This document shows, one piece after another, positions 9,676 to 16,453 of a stretch of 32,000 bases of DNA. The notes below the pieces were generated by a model. That model was not told the origin of the DNA. It saw only the letters and a list, made by a program, of their open reading frames with translations, and ran no database searches. Position numbers and translations under genes: made by a program. The stretch is from Nitratidesulfovibrio vulgaris str. Hildenborough (GTDB lineage Bacteria > Desulfobacterota > Desulfovibrionia > Desulfovibrionales > Desulfovibrionaceae): contig NC_002937.3 in the NCBI RefSeq assembly GCF_000195755.1, positions 2,190,001 to 2,222,000 on the forward strand, read 5' to 3'. Each line of letters starts with the position of its first letter. Positions within the stretch are counted from its first letter, which is position 1.

Positions 9676-10188
9676 TCAGTTGCGTTCGGGGGCGGCGTCA
9701 GTCGGCGCATCGGCAAGGGCCGGAGAGTCTCCGGTGAAGCGTCCCCGCCGTCCGAACCCTTGCCCGTTGCCACGGCCATTGCCACGCCCCTGCCCAGTGG
9801 GCACACGACCGGCGCGCATACGGCCACAGCCCGTGCCACGTCCGAAGCCGCCACGGTCGCCCGCACCGGGAGACATCACGACATCGAGAGGTGCCCCGCG
9901 TTCAGACATGACGACGTTTTCTTCCGTCTGCGGTGTCAGTGTCGCCCCCTGTCCGGCAGCACGGCCCGCGCCTCTACCTGCACCGAATTGGGTACCTAAC
10001 TGGGCACCAAGCCCGACACCGCGGCAGAGACCACGACGACGACCGGCCCCTCTGCCAACACCTGTACCCGCACCGGCTTCGGCACCGGCAGGGCCTAGAC
10101 CTGTCTGCCCCGGACGCTGCCCCGGACGCTGCCCGACAGGGCATTCTTCATAGGTCCCGAACGGCCCGGTTCCATCTCCGTATGGCAT
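9676..10188 (-). CDS. DUF5320-like Gly/Arg-rich low-complexity protein (170 aa)
   Basis: This is the 3' part of track ORF 9676..11508. An in-frame ATG at 10188 is preceded by GAAGGAG. The N-terminus MPYGDGTGPFGTYEECPVG matches my memory of the DUF5320 signature (MPxxDGTGPxG). The rest is GRG/GQG/RPGQ repeats. It is the first gene of the minus-strand operon with the two ATPases. Confidence 0.7.
   Translation of the reverse strand: MPYGDGTGPFGTYEECPVGQRPGQRPGQTGLGPAGAEAGAGTGVGRGAGRRRGLCRGVGLGAQLGTQFGAGRGAGRAAGQGATLTPQTEENVVMSERGAPLDVVMSPGAGDRGGFGRGTGCGRMRAGRVPTGQGRGNGRGNGQGFGRRGRFTGDSPALADAPTDAAPERN
10105..10140. repeat. Tandem 12-nt repeat (ctgccccggacg x2 plus a degenerate third copy) inside the DUF5320-like CDS, encoding GQRPGQRPGQ
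   Basis: Read directly: ctgccccggacg at 10105-10116 and 10117-10128, then ctgcccgacagg. Confidence 0.75.
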
Positions 10189-10229
10189 ATGTGCTCCTTC
10201 CGCCGCGTATGCAGCGTTTGCCACGGACG

Positions 10230-10246
10230 AAGCACGTTCCGTTCCA
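10230..10246 (-). promoter_or_regulatory. Candidate sigma-54 (-24/-12) promoter for the DUF5320 / ATPase / ATPase operon
   Basis: The minus strand reads TGGAACggaacgTGCTT, with GG and GC at the canonical 12-nt register (consensus TGGCAC-N5-TTGCW). It lies about 40 nt upstream of ATG 10188. Confidence 0.6.
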
Positions 10247-10308
10247 CGACTCCAATACATCGTAATCAAACATCTTTTCCCAACACACATGCACGCCCAA
10301 GAAAAATA

Positions 10309-10325
10309 GGGCGCAAAATGCGCCC
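10309..10325. promoter_or_regulatory. Perfect palindrome GGGCGCA-AAA-TGCGCCC, candidate enhancer (UAS) site for the adjacent sigma-54 activator
   Basis: The 7+3+7 palindrome was read directly. It lies about 65-80 nt upstream of the minus-strand -24 element and about 32 nt upstream of the activator start codon. Related copies are at 11931 and 11962. Confidence 0.55.
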
Positions 10326-10356
10326 ACATGATAGAGACTTTCACACGGAGGATCAT

Positions 10357-11733
10357 ATGGCCCTGCCCCGAGACATCCCCTGCGAAACCATCATGGAAAG
10401 TGTCGCCGACGGCGTGTTCACGGTCGACCTCGACTGGCGCATCACCTCGTTCAACCGTGCCGCTGCCGCCATCACGGGAGTCCCCGCCGAAGAGGCACTG
10501 GGCCGACGCTGCCGAGACGTGTTCCACTCCAGCGTGTGCGACGGCGCATGTGTCCTGCGCGCCTGCATGGAACAGGACACCCCCTTCGGCAGCCGCACGG
10601 TGTTCATGGTGCGCACCGACGGGACGCGCGTTCCCGTCAGCATCAGTGCCGCACCGCTCAAAGACAGACGCGGCAGGCTCATTGGCGGGGTCGAGACGTT
10701 CCGCGACCTCACCGCGCTGCACCTCATGCGGCGTGAACTCGAAGGGCAACGCACCGTAGAGGACATCGTCACCCGCAGCCACGCGATGACGCGCCTTCTC
10801 GACCTCCTTCCGCAGATAGCCGCCAGCGACGCACCGGTGCTCATTCTCGGCGAATCCGGCACGGGCAAGGAACTCTTCGCCCGTGCGCTGCACAACCTCA
10901 GCCCCCGCGCCGCGAAGCCGTTCGTGGGCGTCAACTGCGGGGCGCTGCCTGAGAACCTGCTGGAATCGGAACTGTTCGGCTACAAGGCCGGGGCATTCAC
11001 TGACGCACGCCGAGACAAGCCGGGGCGCTTCCACACGGCGGGCGACGGCACCATCTTCCTCGACGAGATTGGCGACATGCCCCTGCCCTTGCAGGTGAAG
11101 CTGTTGCGGGTACTTCAGGAGAAGTGCTTCGAACCGCTGGGGGCGGTGAACGCGGAACCCGCGCTGGCGCGTGTCATTGCGGCCACCAACCGCGACCTTG
11201 AACGCATGACGGCCGAAGGCACGTTCCGCACCGACCTCTACTATCGGCTGAATGTGGTGCTGTTGCGTCTGCCCCCGCTGCGTGAACGCCCCGAAGACGT
11301 GCCCGCGCTCATCGACCACTGCGTCAGGCGGCGCAACCTGCTCACCGGCAAGGACATCGAAGGCGTCTCGGAGGATGTGCTGCACCTCATGCTGCGCTAC
11401 CCATTTCCGGGCAACGTGCGTGAACTCGACAACATCATCGAATATGCCTTCATCCTGTGCGGGCACGGGTTCATCCAGTTGGAACACCTGCCGGAGTACC
11501 TGCTGCACGCAGGGGGCATCGCCACCCCCTCCCTCGCGCCTTCACGTCCGCAGCCCCGCCCAGCCGGGGAGCCCGGAGACGACGGACAGCCCGCCACCCT
11601 TGAAGCCATCAAATACCGGGCGGTGGTCGACGCCCTTGCCCGCAACAATGGCAGGCGGATGGCGACCTGCCGCGAACTGGACATCTCCAAGGACACGCTG
11701 CGCCGCATCCTGCAACGTGGCGACACGAAATGA
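10357..11733 (+). CDS. Sigma-54-dependent transcriptional activator (PAS sensor + AAA+ + Fis-type HTH), no receiver domain
   Basis: In frame with track ORF 10189..11733. ATG 10357 is preceded by GGAGG. The N-terminal region is PAS-like ([28 protein letters not shown]). Walker A is GESGTGKE, the GAFTGA-type loop is GAFTDA, and the C-terminal HTH is [17 protein letters not shown]. Confidence 0.88.
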   Translation: MALPRDIPCETIMESVADGVFTVDLDWRITSFNRAAAAITGVPAEEALGRRCRDVFHSSVCDGACVLRACMEQDTPFGSRTVFMVRTDGTRVPVSISAAPLKDRRGRLIGGVETFRDLTALHLMRRELEGQRTVEDIVTRSHAMTRLLDLLPQIAASDAPVLILGESGTGKELFARALHNLSPRAAKPFVGVNCGALPENLLESELFGYKAGAFTDARRDKPGRFHTAGDGTIFLDEIGDMPLPLQVKLLRVLQEKCFEPLGAVNAEPALARVIAATNRDLERMTAEGTFRTDLYYRLNVVLLRLPPLRERPEDVPALIDHCVRRRNLLTGKDIEGVSEDVLHLMLRYPFPGNVRELDNIIEYAFILCGHGFIQLEHLPEYLLHAGGIATPSLAPSRPQPRPAGEPGDDGQPATLEAIKYRAVVDALARNNGRRMATCRELDISKDTLRRILQRGDTK

Positions 11734-11930
11734 CGTAGCCGGTCGACGCCATTCCCGGCGCACCCTGCGCGCTAACGCCGCCTCTCAGTCCCGACAGACC
11801 TGTCTGCGCACCCCGTGTAGCCAGTCTGACCACACCTCGCCGCGCTGGCCTCCATGCCGGTCTCCAAGACCGTTATCCCCTGCCCGACGCCTTGGCGGCT
11901 ATCCCTGCCAGCCCGTCTCCCCCTGACATA

Positions 11931-11947
11931 GGGCGTGTTTTGCGCCC
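11931..11947. promoter_or_regulatory. UAS-like motif copy 2: GGGCGTGTTTTGCGCCC
   Basis: It has the same GGGCG-N7-CGCCC architecture and the same 3' flank (CACATG) as the 10309 site. It lies about 95-110 nt upstream of the plus-strand -24 element. Confidence 0.5.
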
Positions 11948-11961
11948 ACATGGCCACGACA

Positions 11962-11978
11962 AGGCGCATTTTACGCCC
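11962..11978. promoter_or_regulatory. UAS-like motif copy 3: AGGCGCATTTTACGCCC
   Basis: This is the third copy of the RGGCGY-N5-RCGCCC motif, starting 31 bp after copy 2 (about three helical turns). Confidence 0.45.
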
Positions 11979-12041
11979 ATCACAAGCTCGACGTTCCACG
12001 CAAAAAGCAACAACCAATCAGAATAAAAGCATTTCTTTTCA

Positions 12042-12058
12042 CGGCATCATTCCTGCTT
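12042..12058 (+). promoter_or_regulatory. Candidate sigma-54 (-24/-12) promoter for the NifX-like / NifX-like / Mrp operon
   Basis: CGGCATcattccTGCTT has GG and GC in the canonical register. It lies 35 nt upstream of ATG 12091. An unusually AT-rich tract (about 12004-12040) lies between it and the UAS copies. Confidence 0.6.
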
Positions 12059-12090
12059 CGGAGTGGTCGGTACCGGAGGTACGCCACGCC

Positions 12091-12501
12091 ATGATCGTCC
12101 ATGCCTGTCTCGCCAGTTACGAGGGCAGACTCGCCACACTGCTCGAAACAGCATCGGCACTGCATTTCGTCCGTCTTGACGACGCAGGGCCGCACACCCT
12201 CCATGTGCGCCCCTTCCGTCCGACGACCCCGATGCACCTCGCCGCGACGCTGCTAGAGGCCGACACACACCTGCTGGTGTGCGGCGGTGTCTGCGGACGT
12301 TGGCTGCATACCCTCGAAGCACAGGGCGTGGAGGTCATACCGTGGCTATCCGGCACCGAACAGGAAGTGCTGGCGGCACTTGCGAAGGGCACCGTCGACG
12401 AACTGGTCATGCCCGGCTGCATGAGACGCCTTGGAACAACAGGCGGCGTGTGCGCACGCGCCCGCTGCCGTACCAGAAGGGAGCGAAACGGATGCGAATA
12501 G
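12091..12501 (+). CDS. NifX/NifB-C-terminal (dinitrogenase FeMo-cofactor-binding, MTH1175-like) family protein with Cys-containing C-terminal tail
   Basis: In frame with track ORF 11935..12501. ATG 12091 has GGAGG 8 nt upstream. The sequence is MIVHACLASYEGRLATLLETASALHFVRLDD...LLVCGGVCGRWLHTLEAQGVEVIPW. This is a weaker family match than the next gene. Confidence 0.6.
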   Translation: MIVHACLASYEGRLATLLETASALHFVRLDDAGPHTLHVRPFRPTTPMHLAATLLEADTHLLVCGGVCGRWLHTLEAQGVEVIPWLSGTEQEVLAALAKGTVDELVMPGCMRRLGTTGGVCARARCRTRRERNGCE

Positions 12502-12851
12502 TCATCACCGCACAGGGGAATACGCTCGACAGCCCCCTCGACCCGCGCTTCGGACGCGCCCGGTCGTTCATCGTCTGCGACACCGAAACCGGGGCGACGC
12601 ATGCCGTCGACGTATCCGCCAACATGAACCTCGCACAGGGGGCGGGCATTCAGGCTGCCCAGATGGCTGCGGATGCCGGGGCGGAAGCCGTCATCACCGG
12701 GCATGTGGGTCCCAAGGCGTTCACGGCCCTCAACCGGGGGCACATCGCCGTGTACCTGTGCGACCTCGCCACCCCCCGCGAGGCACTTGCCGCCTTCATC
12801 GAAGGCAAACTCCGCCCTGCCGACACCGCCGACCGTGAAGGACACTGGTGA
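12492..12851 (+). CDS. orp: NifX/NafY/MTH1175-like small cofactor-binding protein; position and size fit the orange protein (ORP) of Desulfovibrio
   Basis: In frame with track ORF 12279..12851. ATG 12492 has AAGGGAG upstream and the gene overlaps the previous one by 10 nt. MRIVITAQGNTLDSPLDPRFGRARSFIVCDTETG...AVITGHVGPKAFTAL is a classic Nitro_FeMo-Co-type fold signature. The orp symbol rests on recalled synteny only. Confidence 0.7.
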   Translation: MRIVITAQGNTLDSPLDPRFGRARSFIVCDTETGATHAVDVSANMNLAQGAGIQAAQMAADAGAEAVITGHVGPKAFTALNRGHIAVYLCDLATPREALAAFIEGKLRPADTADREGHW

Positions 12852-14311
12852 GTACCGTGAACGGCGCGAACATACAGAGCGAAGAACAGCATACGGGTGG
12901 GTGTTCCGCCGGATGCTCTGGCGGAAGCACGGGTGGAAGCACGGACGGAAGCACTGGCGGAAACACGCAACAGGGGTGCTCGTGCGACACGCACGATGAG
13001 CAGCGCGACGGCAGCGTCGCCGCGCAGACCTTTGGCGAAGAGGGTCCCGTCAAGACACTCGGGCGCATCGGCTCGAAGCTTGTCGTCCTCAGTGGCAAAG
13101 GCGGCGTGGGCAAGAGCACCGTGGCGGTCAACCTTGCCGTGGGTCTGGCACGGGCAGGTCGCAAGGTCGGTCTGCTCGACGTCGACGTACACGGCCCCAG
13201 TGTGCCCCGGCTTCTGGGACTCACGGGAACCCGCCCCATGATCGGCGAAGACGCCATGTACCCCGTTGGCTGGCGCAACAACCTGCGCGTCATGTCGCTT
13301 GGCTTCTTCCTGCCCGACCCGGAACAGGCGGTCATCTGGCGCGGCCCGGTCAAGATGGGACTCATTCGCCATTTTCTCACCGAAGTGCGCTGGGGCGACC
13401 TCGACCATCTGGTGGTCGACTGCCCGCCCGGAACGGGTGACGAACCGCTTTCCGTCCTGCAACTGCTCGGAACCGATGCACAGGCCGTCATCGTCACCAC
13501 CCCGCAGGGCGTGGCCGTCGATGACGTGCGCCGTTCGGTGGGCTTCTGCCGTGAACTGGGCAACCCCATCCTCGGCATCGTCGAGAACATGGGCGGCTAC
13601 GTCTGCCCCAAATGCGGCGAACTCACACCGCTGTTCCCCGCCGGTGGCGGTGAGGCACTGGCAGCCGAACAGGGCGTGACCTTCCTCGGACGCATCCCGC
13701 TGCACCCCGACCTCACCAGCGCAGGTGACGCGGGCCGCAGCCTCTACGAGGCCGATGCCGCCCACCCCATCGTTCGCGCGCTGGCACCCATCGTCGAACG
13801 CGCCGCCGCCACCCTGCACGCAAGCGACATCAGGCACGAAAGCACGACCGGACCACAATCCGAAGCGGCCCCCGGAACGGGCAAGACCGCCGCGACCATG
13901 CCCACGGCCCCCACCCGCAACGAATCATGCGCCCCCGCAACGAACCATCCCGATACCAACGGAGACACGACCATGAAGATAGCCATTCCCGTCGCCGGTG
14001 ACGTACTCTGCCAGCATTTCGGCCATTGTGAACGCTTCGCGCTCATCGATGTCGACCCCGCCACCGGTTCCGTCACCGGGCGTAACGACGTCACCCCGCC
14101 CCCGCACGAACCGGGGCTGCTGCCCGTGTGGCTGTCTGAGAAGGGTGCCAACCTCGTCATCGCAGGCGGCATGGGTGCCCGTGCCCGCGCACTCCTCGAA
14201 GAACGTGGCGTGAAGGTGCTCATCGGCGCACCTGCCGCTGCCCCCGAAGCCATCGTCGCAGCACATATGGCCGGAACCCTCACCCTTGGTGCCAACACCT
14301 GCGACCATTGA
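12848..14311 (+). CDS. mrp: Mrp/NBP35/ApbC-type Fe-S cluster carrier ATPase fused to a C-terminal NifX/MTH1175-like domain
   Basis: Track ORF of 487 aa. GTG 12848 overlaps the TGA of the previous gene (GTGA). Walker A is LSGKGGVGKSTV, followed by CPPGTGDE and a CPKCG motif. From 13973 the frame reads MKIAIPVAGDVLCQHFGHCERFALIDV...LVIAGGMGARA, a NifX-like domain. The start codon is uncertain (GTG 12857 is also possible). Confidence 0.85.
   Translation: MSTVNGANIQSEEQHTGGCSAGCSGGSTGGSTDGSTGGNTQQGCSCDTHDEQRDGSVAAQTFGEEGPVKTLGRIGSKLVVLSGKGGVGKSTVAVNLAVGLARAGRKVGLLDVDVHGPSVPRLLGLTGTRPMIGEDAMYPVGWRNNLRVMSLGFFLPDPEQAVIWRGPVKMGLIRHFLTEVRWGDLDHLVVDCPPGTGDEPLSVLQLLGTDAQAVIVTTPQGVAVDDVRRSVGFCRELGNPILGIVENMGGYVCPKCGELTPLFPAGGGEALAAEQGVTFLGRIPLHPDLTSAGDAGRSLYEADAAHPIVRALAPIVERAAATLHASDIRHESTTGPQSEAAPGTGKTAATMPTAPTRNESCAPATNHPDTNGDTTMKIAIPVAGDVLCQHFGHCERFALIDVDPATGSVTGRNDVTPPPHEPGLLPVWLSEKGANLVIAGGMGARARALLEERGVKVLIGAPAAAPEAIVAAHMAGTLTLGANTCDH
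12920..12967. repeat. Four tandem 12-nt units (ggNggaagcacg-like) encoding (G-G-S-T)-type repeats in the Mrp N-terminus
   Basis: Read directly as ggcggaagcacg / ggtggaagcacg / gacggaagcact / ggcggaaacacg. The translation is GGSTGGSTDGSTGGNT, flanked by GGCSAGCSG and QQGCSCDTH. Confidence 0.8.
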
Positions 14312-14482
14312 TCAGGACGAGAGGCCCTTCAAGCTTGCCGGTTCCCTCCGGTGACGCACGCCGGGATGCCGACGCCACCGCATGACGTCGGAACGCACGG
14401 CCCGGAGTGCCCTTGTGCCCTGTCCGGCATGGGTAACGACAACCGCCGCCGGATGAGAGGAGCGGCGGTTCCCATGCAGCAT

Positions 14483-14517
14483 GAAGCCCCCCCGGTTGCG
14501 GTCCGGGGGGGCTTTTC
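14483..14517. terminator. GC-rich hairpin with U/A tracts on both sides (bidirectional rho-independent terminator candidate)
   Basis: gaagcccccccgg-ttgcggt-ccgggggggcttttc. It lies between the convergent mrp-fusion gene and lctP. Confidence 0.7.
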
Positions 14518-14615
14518 ATGGCACATGGGTGTCCAGCCATGTGCCTGTGCTACGCCGTCGGGAGCGGCGAGCCCTTATCGAAAGGGTCTACCCGTGGAAC
14601 GGAGCATCCGTCCAT

Positions 14616-14649
14616 CTGTGGCCTCCCTCCCTCGAGACGGAGGCCACAG
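14616..14649 (-). terminator. Hairpin immediately downstream of the lctP stop codon
   Basis: ctgtggcctcc-(12 nt)-ggaggccacag, an 11-bp stem 10 nt beyond the stop at 14660. There is no clear U-tract. Confidence 0.45.
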
Positions 14650-14659
14650 GACGAAATGC

Positions 14660-16297
14660 CTATCTGGCGGGCAACATCCACGGGATGACATACGCCTGCA
14701 AGGTCACCAGCACGCAGATGACCAGCGTCATGGCGATGCTGTGCTTGAGCGCGAAGCGGAACAGGGCACCCTCCTGACCGACCGTATGTGTCGAGGCCGT
14801 GGCCACCGAGATGGACTGCGGCGAGATCATCTTGCCCGTGACGCCGCCCGTGGCGTTGGCTGCCACGGTGAGGTAGGGGTCGACCCCCACGGCACTGGCC
14901 GTAGCATGCTGCATGCTGCCGAAGAGGGCGTTCGACGACGTGTTCGAACCGGTGAGGAAGACGCCAAGCCAGCCCATGATGGGGGCGAAGAACGGGAAGA
15001 GTGCCCCCGTGTGCGTGAACGCGATGCCCAGCGTGGAGCTCATGCCCGAGTAGTTCATGAGCTGCGCCAGCCCGAGAATCATGACGATGGTCAGAATCGG
15101 GAAGCGCAACTGGTAGCAGGTACGGGCAAGGCAGCCGAAGGCGCGCCCATAGCCGTACCCCGGCATGACGGGTACGGAGAGAAGCCCCGCGAAGAGGATG
15201 GCTGTGCCACCCGCCGAGATGAGATTGAAGGTGAACTTGGCGGCGTAGGGCGCATCAGCCTTGACGATGGGCGCGGTCTTGGCGATGGCCGCGTGCAAGC
15301 CGGGCCACTCGAAGCTCATGATGAAGATGTTGTTGAGGAAGGTCTTCACGCTACCGAGACCCCAGAAGAACACGAAGACGGCGAGAATGGCATAGGGAGC
15401 CCACGCCCGCAGCACCTCGCCCGTCGAGTGCCGTGTCTCGCCGGTGGCGGCTTCGGGCTTCTCGTCGGCGAAGTGCCATGTGCGTGCGGGCTTCCAGAAG
15501 CGCAGAAGCACCAGCAGGCCCACGATGGTGACGATGGCGGCCATGACGTCCGGCAGGGTCGGCCCGTGCCAGTCGGCGAAGATGAACTGCGTACCGCTGA
15601 AGCACACGCTGGCGACGACGATGGCGGGCATGACCTCCATGGTGCGCTTGAAGCCGCACATGACCACCGTCATCCACAACGGAACGATGAGCGAGAACAC
15701 GGGCAACTGGCGGCCCACATACTGGCTCAGGGTGAGCGTATCGAGCCCGCTGACCTGACTGGCGACGATGACCGGAATACCCAGCGCACCGAATGCCACA
15801 GGCGCAGTGTTGGCGATGAGGCAGATGCCGCCCGCATAGACGGGACTGAAGCCCAGCCCCATGAGCATGGCCGCGGTGATGGCGACCGGGGTACCGAAGC
15901 CCGCAGTGCCTTCGAGGAAGGCACCGAAGGCGAAGGCGATGAAGAGCGCCTGCAACCTGCGGTCGTCGGTGAGGCGCGCCAGCGAACTCTTGATGATCTC
16001 GAACTCGCCCGACTCGACGGTCATGTTGTACAGCCACACCGCCGTCAGCACGATCCAGATGATGGGGAACAGGCCCATGGCCACACCGTAGAGCGTGGCG
16101 TTGACAGCCAGACCGGCGGGCATGCCCCACACGGCCACAGTGGCGGCAAAGGCCCCGGCGAGGCCGCATGCCGCCGCCACATGCCCCTTGGCACGCCTCA
16201 CGGCGAGCATGTAGAACAGGATGGCGAGGGGCAGCATCGCCACCATCGCCGACAGGGTTATGTTCGAGAAGGGATCGTACACCTGTGTCCAGAGCAT
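14660..16297 (-). CDS. lctP: L-lactate permease (LctP family)
   Basis: Track ORF 14660..16351. It is polytopic and hydrophobic, with an LctP-type motif TGSNTSSNALFG. Start moved to ATG 16297 (MLWTQVYDPFSN), which has GAGG 5 nt upstream. Confidence 0.88.
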   Translation of the reverse strand: MLWTQVYDPFSNITLSAMVAMLPLAILFYMLAVRRAKGHVAAACGLAGAFAATVAVWGMPAGLAVNATLYGVAMGLFPIIWIVLTAVWLYNMTVESGEFEIIKSSLARLTDDRRLQALFIAFAFGAFLEGTAGFGTPVAITAAMLMGLGFSPVYAGGICLIANTAPVAFGALGIPVIVASQVSGLDTLTLSQYVGRQLPVFSLIVPLWMTVVMCGFKRTMEVMPAIVVASVCFSGTQFIFADWHGPTLPDVMAAIVTIVGLLVLLRFWKPARTWHFADEKPEAATGETRHSTGEVLRAWAPYAILAVFVFFWGLGSVKTFLNNIFIMSFEWPGLHAAIAKTAPIVKADAPYAAKFTFNLISAGGTAILFAGLLSVPVMPGYGYGRAFGCLARTCYQLRFPILTIVMILGLAQLMNYSGMSSTLGIAFTHTGALFPFFAPIMGWLGVFLTGSNTSSNALFGSMQHATASAVGVDPYLTVAANATGGVTGKMISPQSISVATASTHTVGQEGALFRFALKHSIAMTLVICVLVTLQAYVIPWMLPAR

Positions 16298-16434
16298 AGA
16301 GGCCTCATGGGTTGCGGATGGATGATGACCGACGTGGAAAAAGCCGACCACGACGCCACGCGGTTGCGGAGTGTTGCCAATGTTGTTAGCGGAGGACGAC
16401 GAACGTTGTGAAATGAATTGTCGGCATAACCATC

Positions 16435-16449
16435 ATTCCAGATTGGAAT
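16435..16449. promoter_or_regulatory. LysR-type T-N11-A box within the palindrome ATTCCA-GAT-TGGAAT
   Basis: Read directly. It sits in the lctP/lysR divergent intergenic region and ends 4 nt before the lysR ATG. Confidence 0.5.
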
Positions 16450-16453
16450 ACCC

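Noticed and set aside
10211-10226. Second sigma-54-like sequence TGGCAAACGCTGCAT (minus strand) just upstream of the DUF5320-like gene
   Set aside because: The GG-to-GC spacing is two nucleotides short. The neighbouring TGGAACggaacgTGCTT fits the register and was preferred.
10189-11508. Upstream 440 codons of the 610-aa minus-strand ORF 9676..11508
   Set aside because: This part is antisense to the well-supported sigma-54 activator gene (Walker A, GAFTGA-type loop, HTH on the plus strand). Only the last 513 nt (9676..10188), which have their own SD/ATG and a DUF5320-like N-terminus, look real.
12650-13858. 402-aa and 264-aa minus-strand ORFs over the mrp region; similar long antisense ORFs at 20023..20691, 24051..25379, 25673..26812, 27395..28462, 28740..29384 and 30347..30877
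   Set aside because: Each lies opposite a plus-strand gene with clear family motifs (Mrp, NtrC-type regulator, secretin, TadZ, TadA, TadB, TadC). These are shadow ORFs expected at this GC content.
16362-16380. Sigma-54-like sequence TTGGCAACACTCCGCAA on the minus strand upstream of lctP
   Set aside because: The GG-to-GC spacing is one nucleotide short of the strict -24/-12 register, so it is not counted as a promoter.
14351-16411. 686-aa plus-strand ORF
   Set aside because: It is antisense to the LctP-family permease. Its product is rich in Asp/Glu/Arg/His/Gly with no recognisable motifs, while the minus-strand product is a coherent polytopic transporter.
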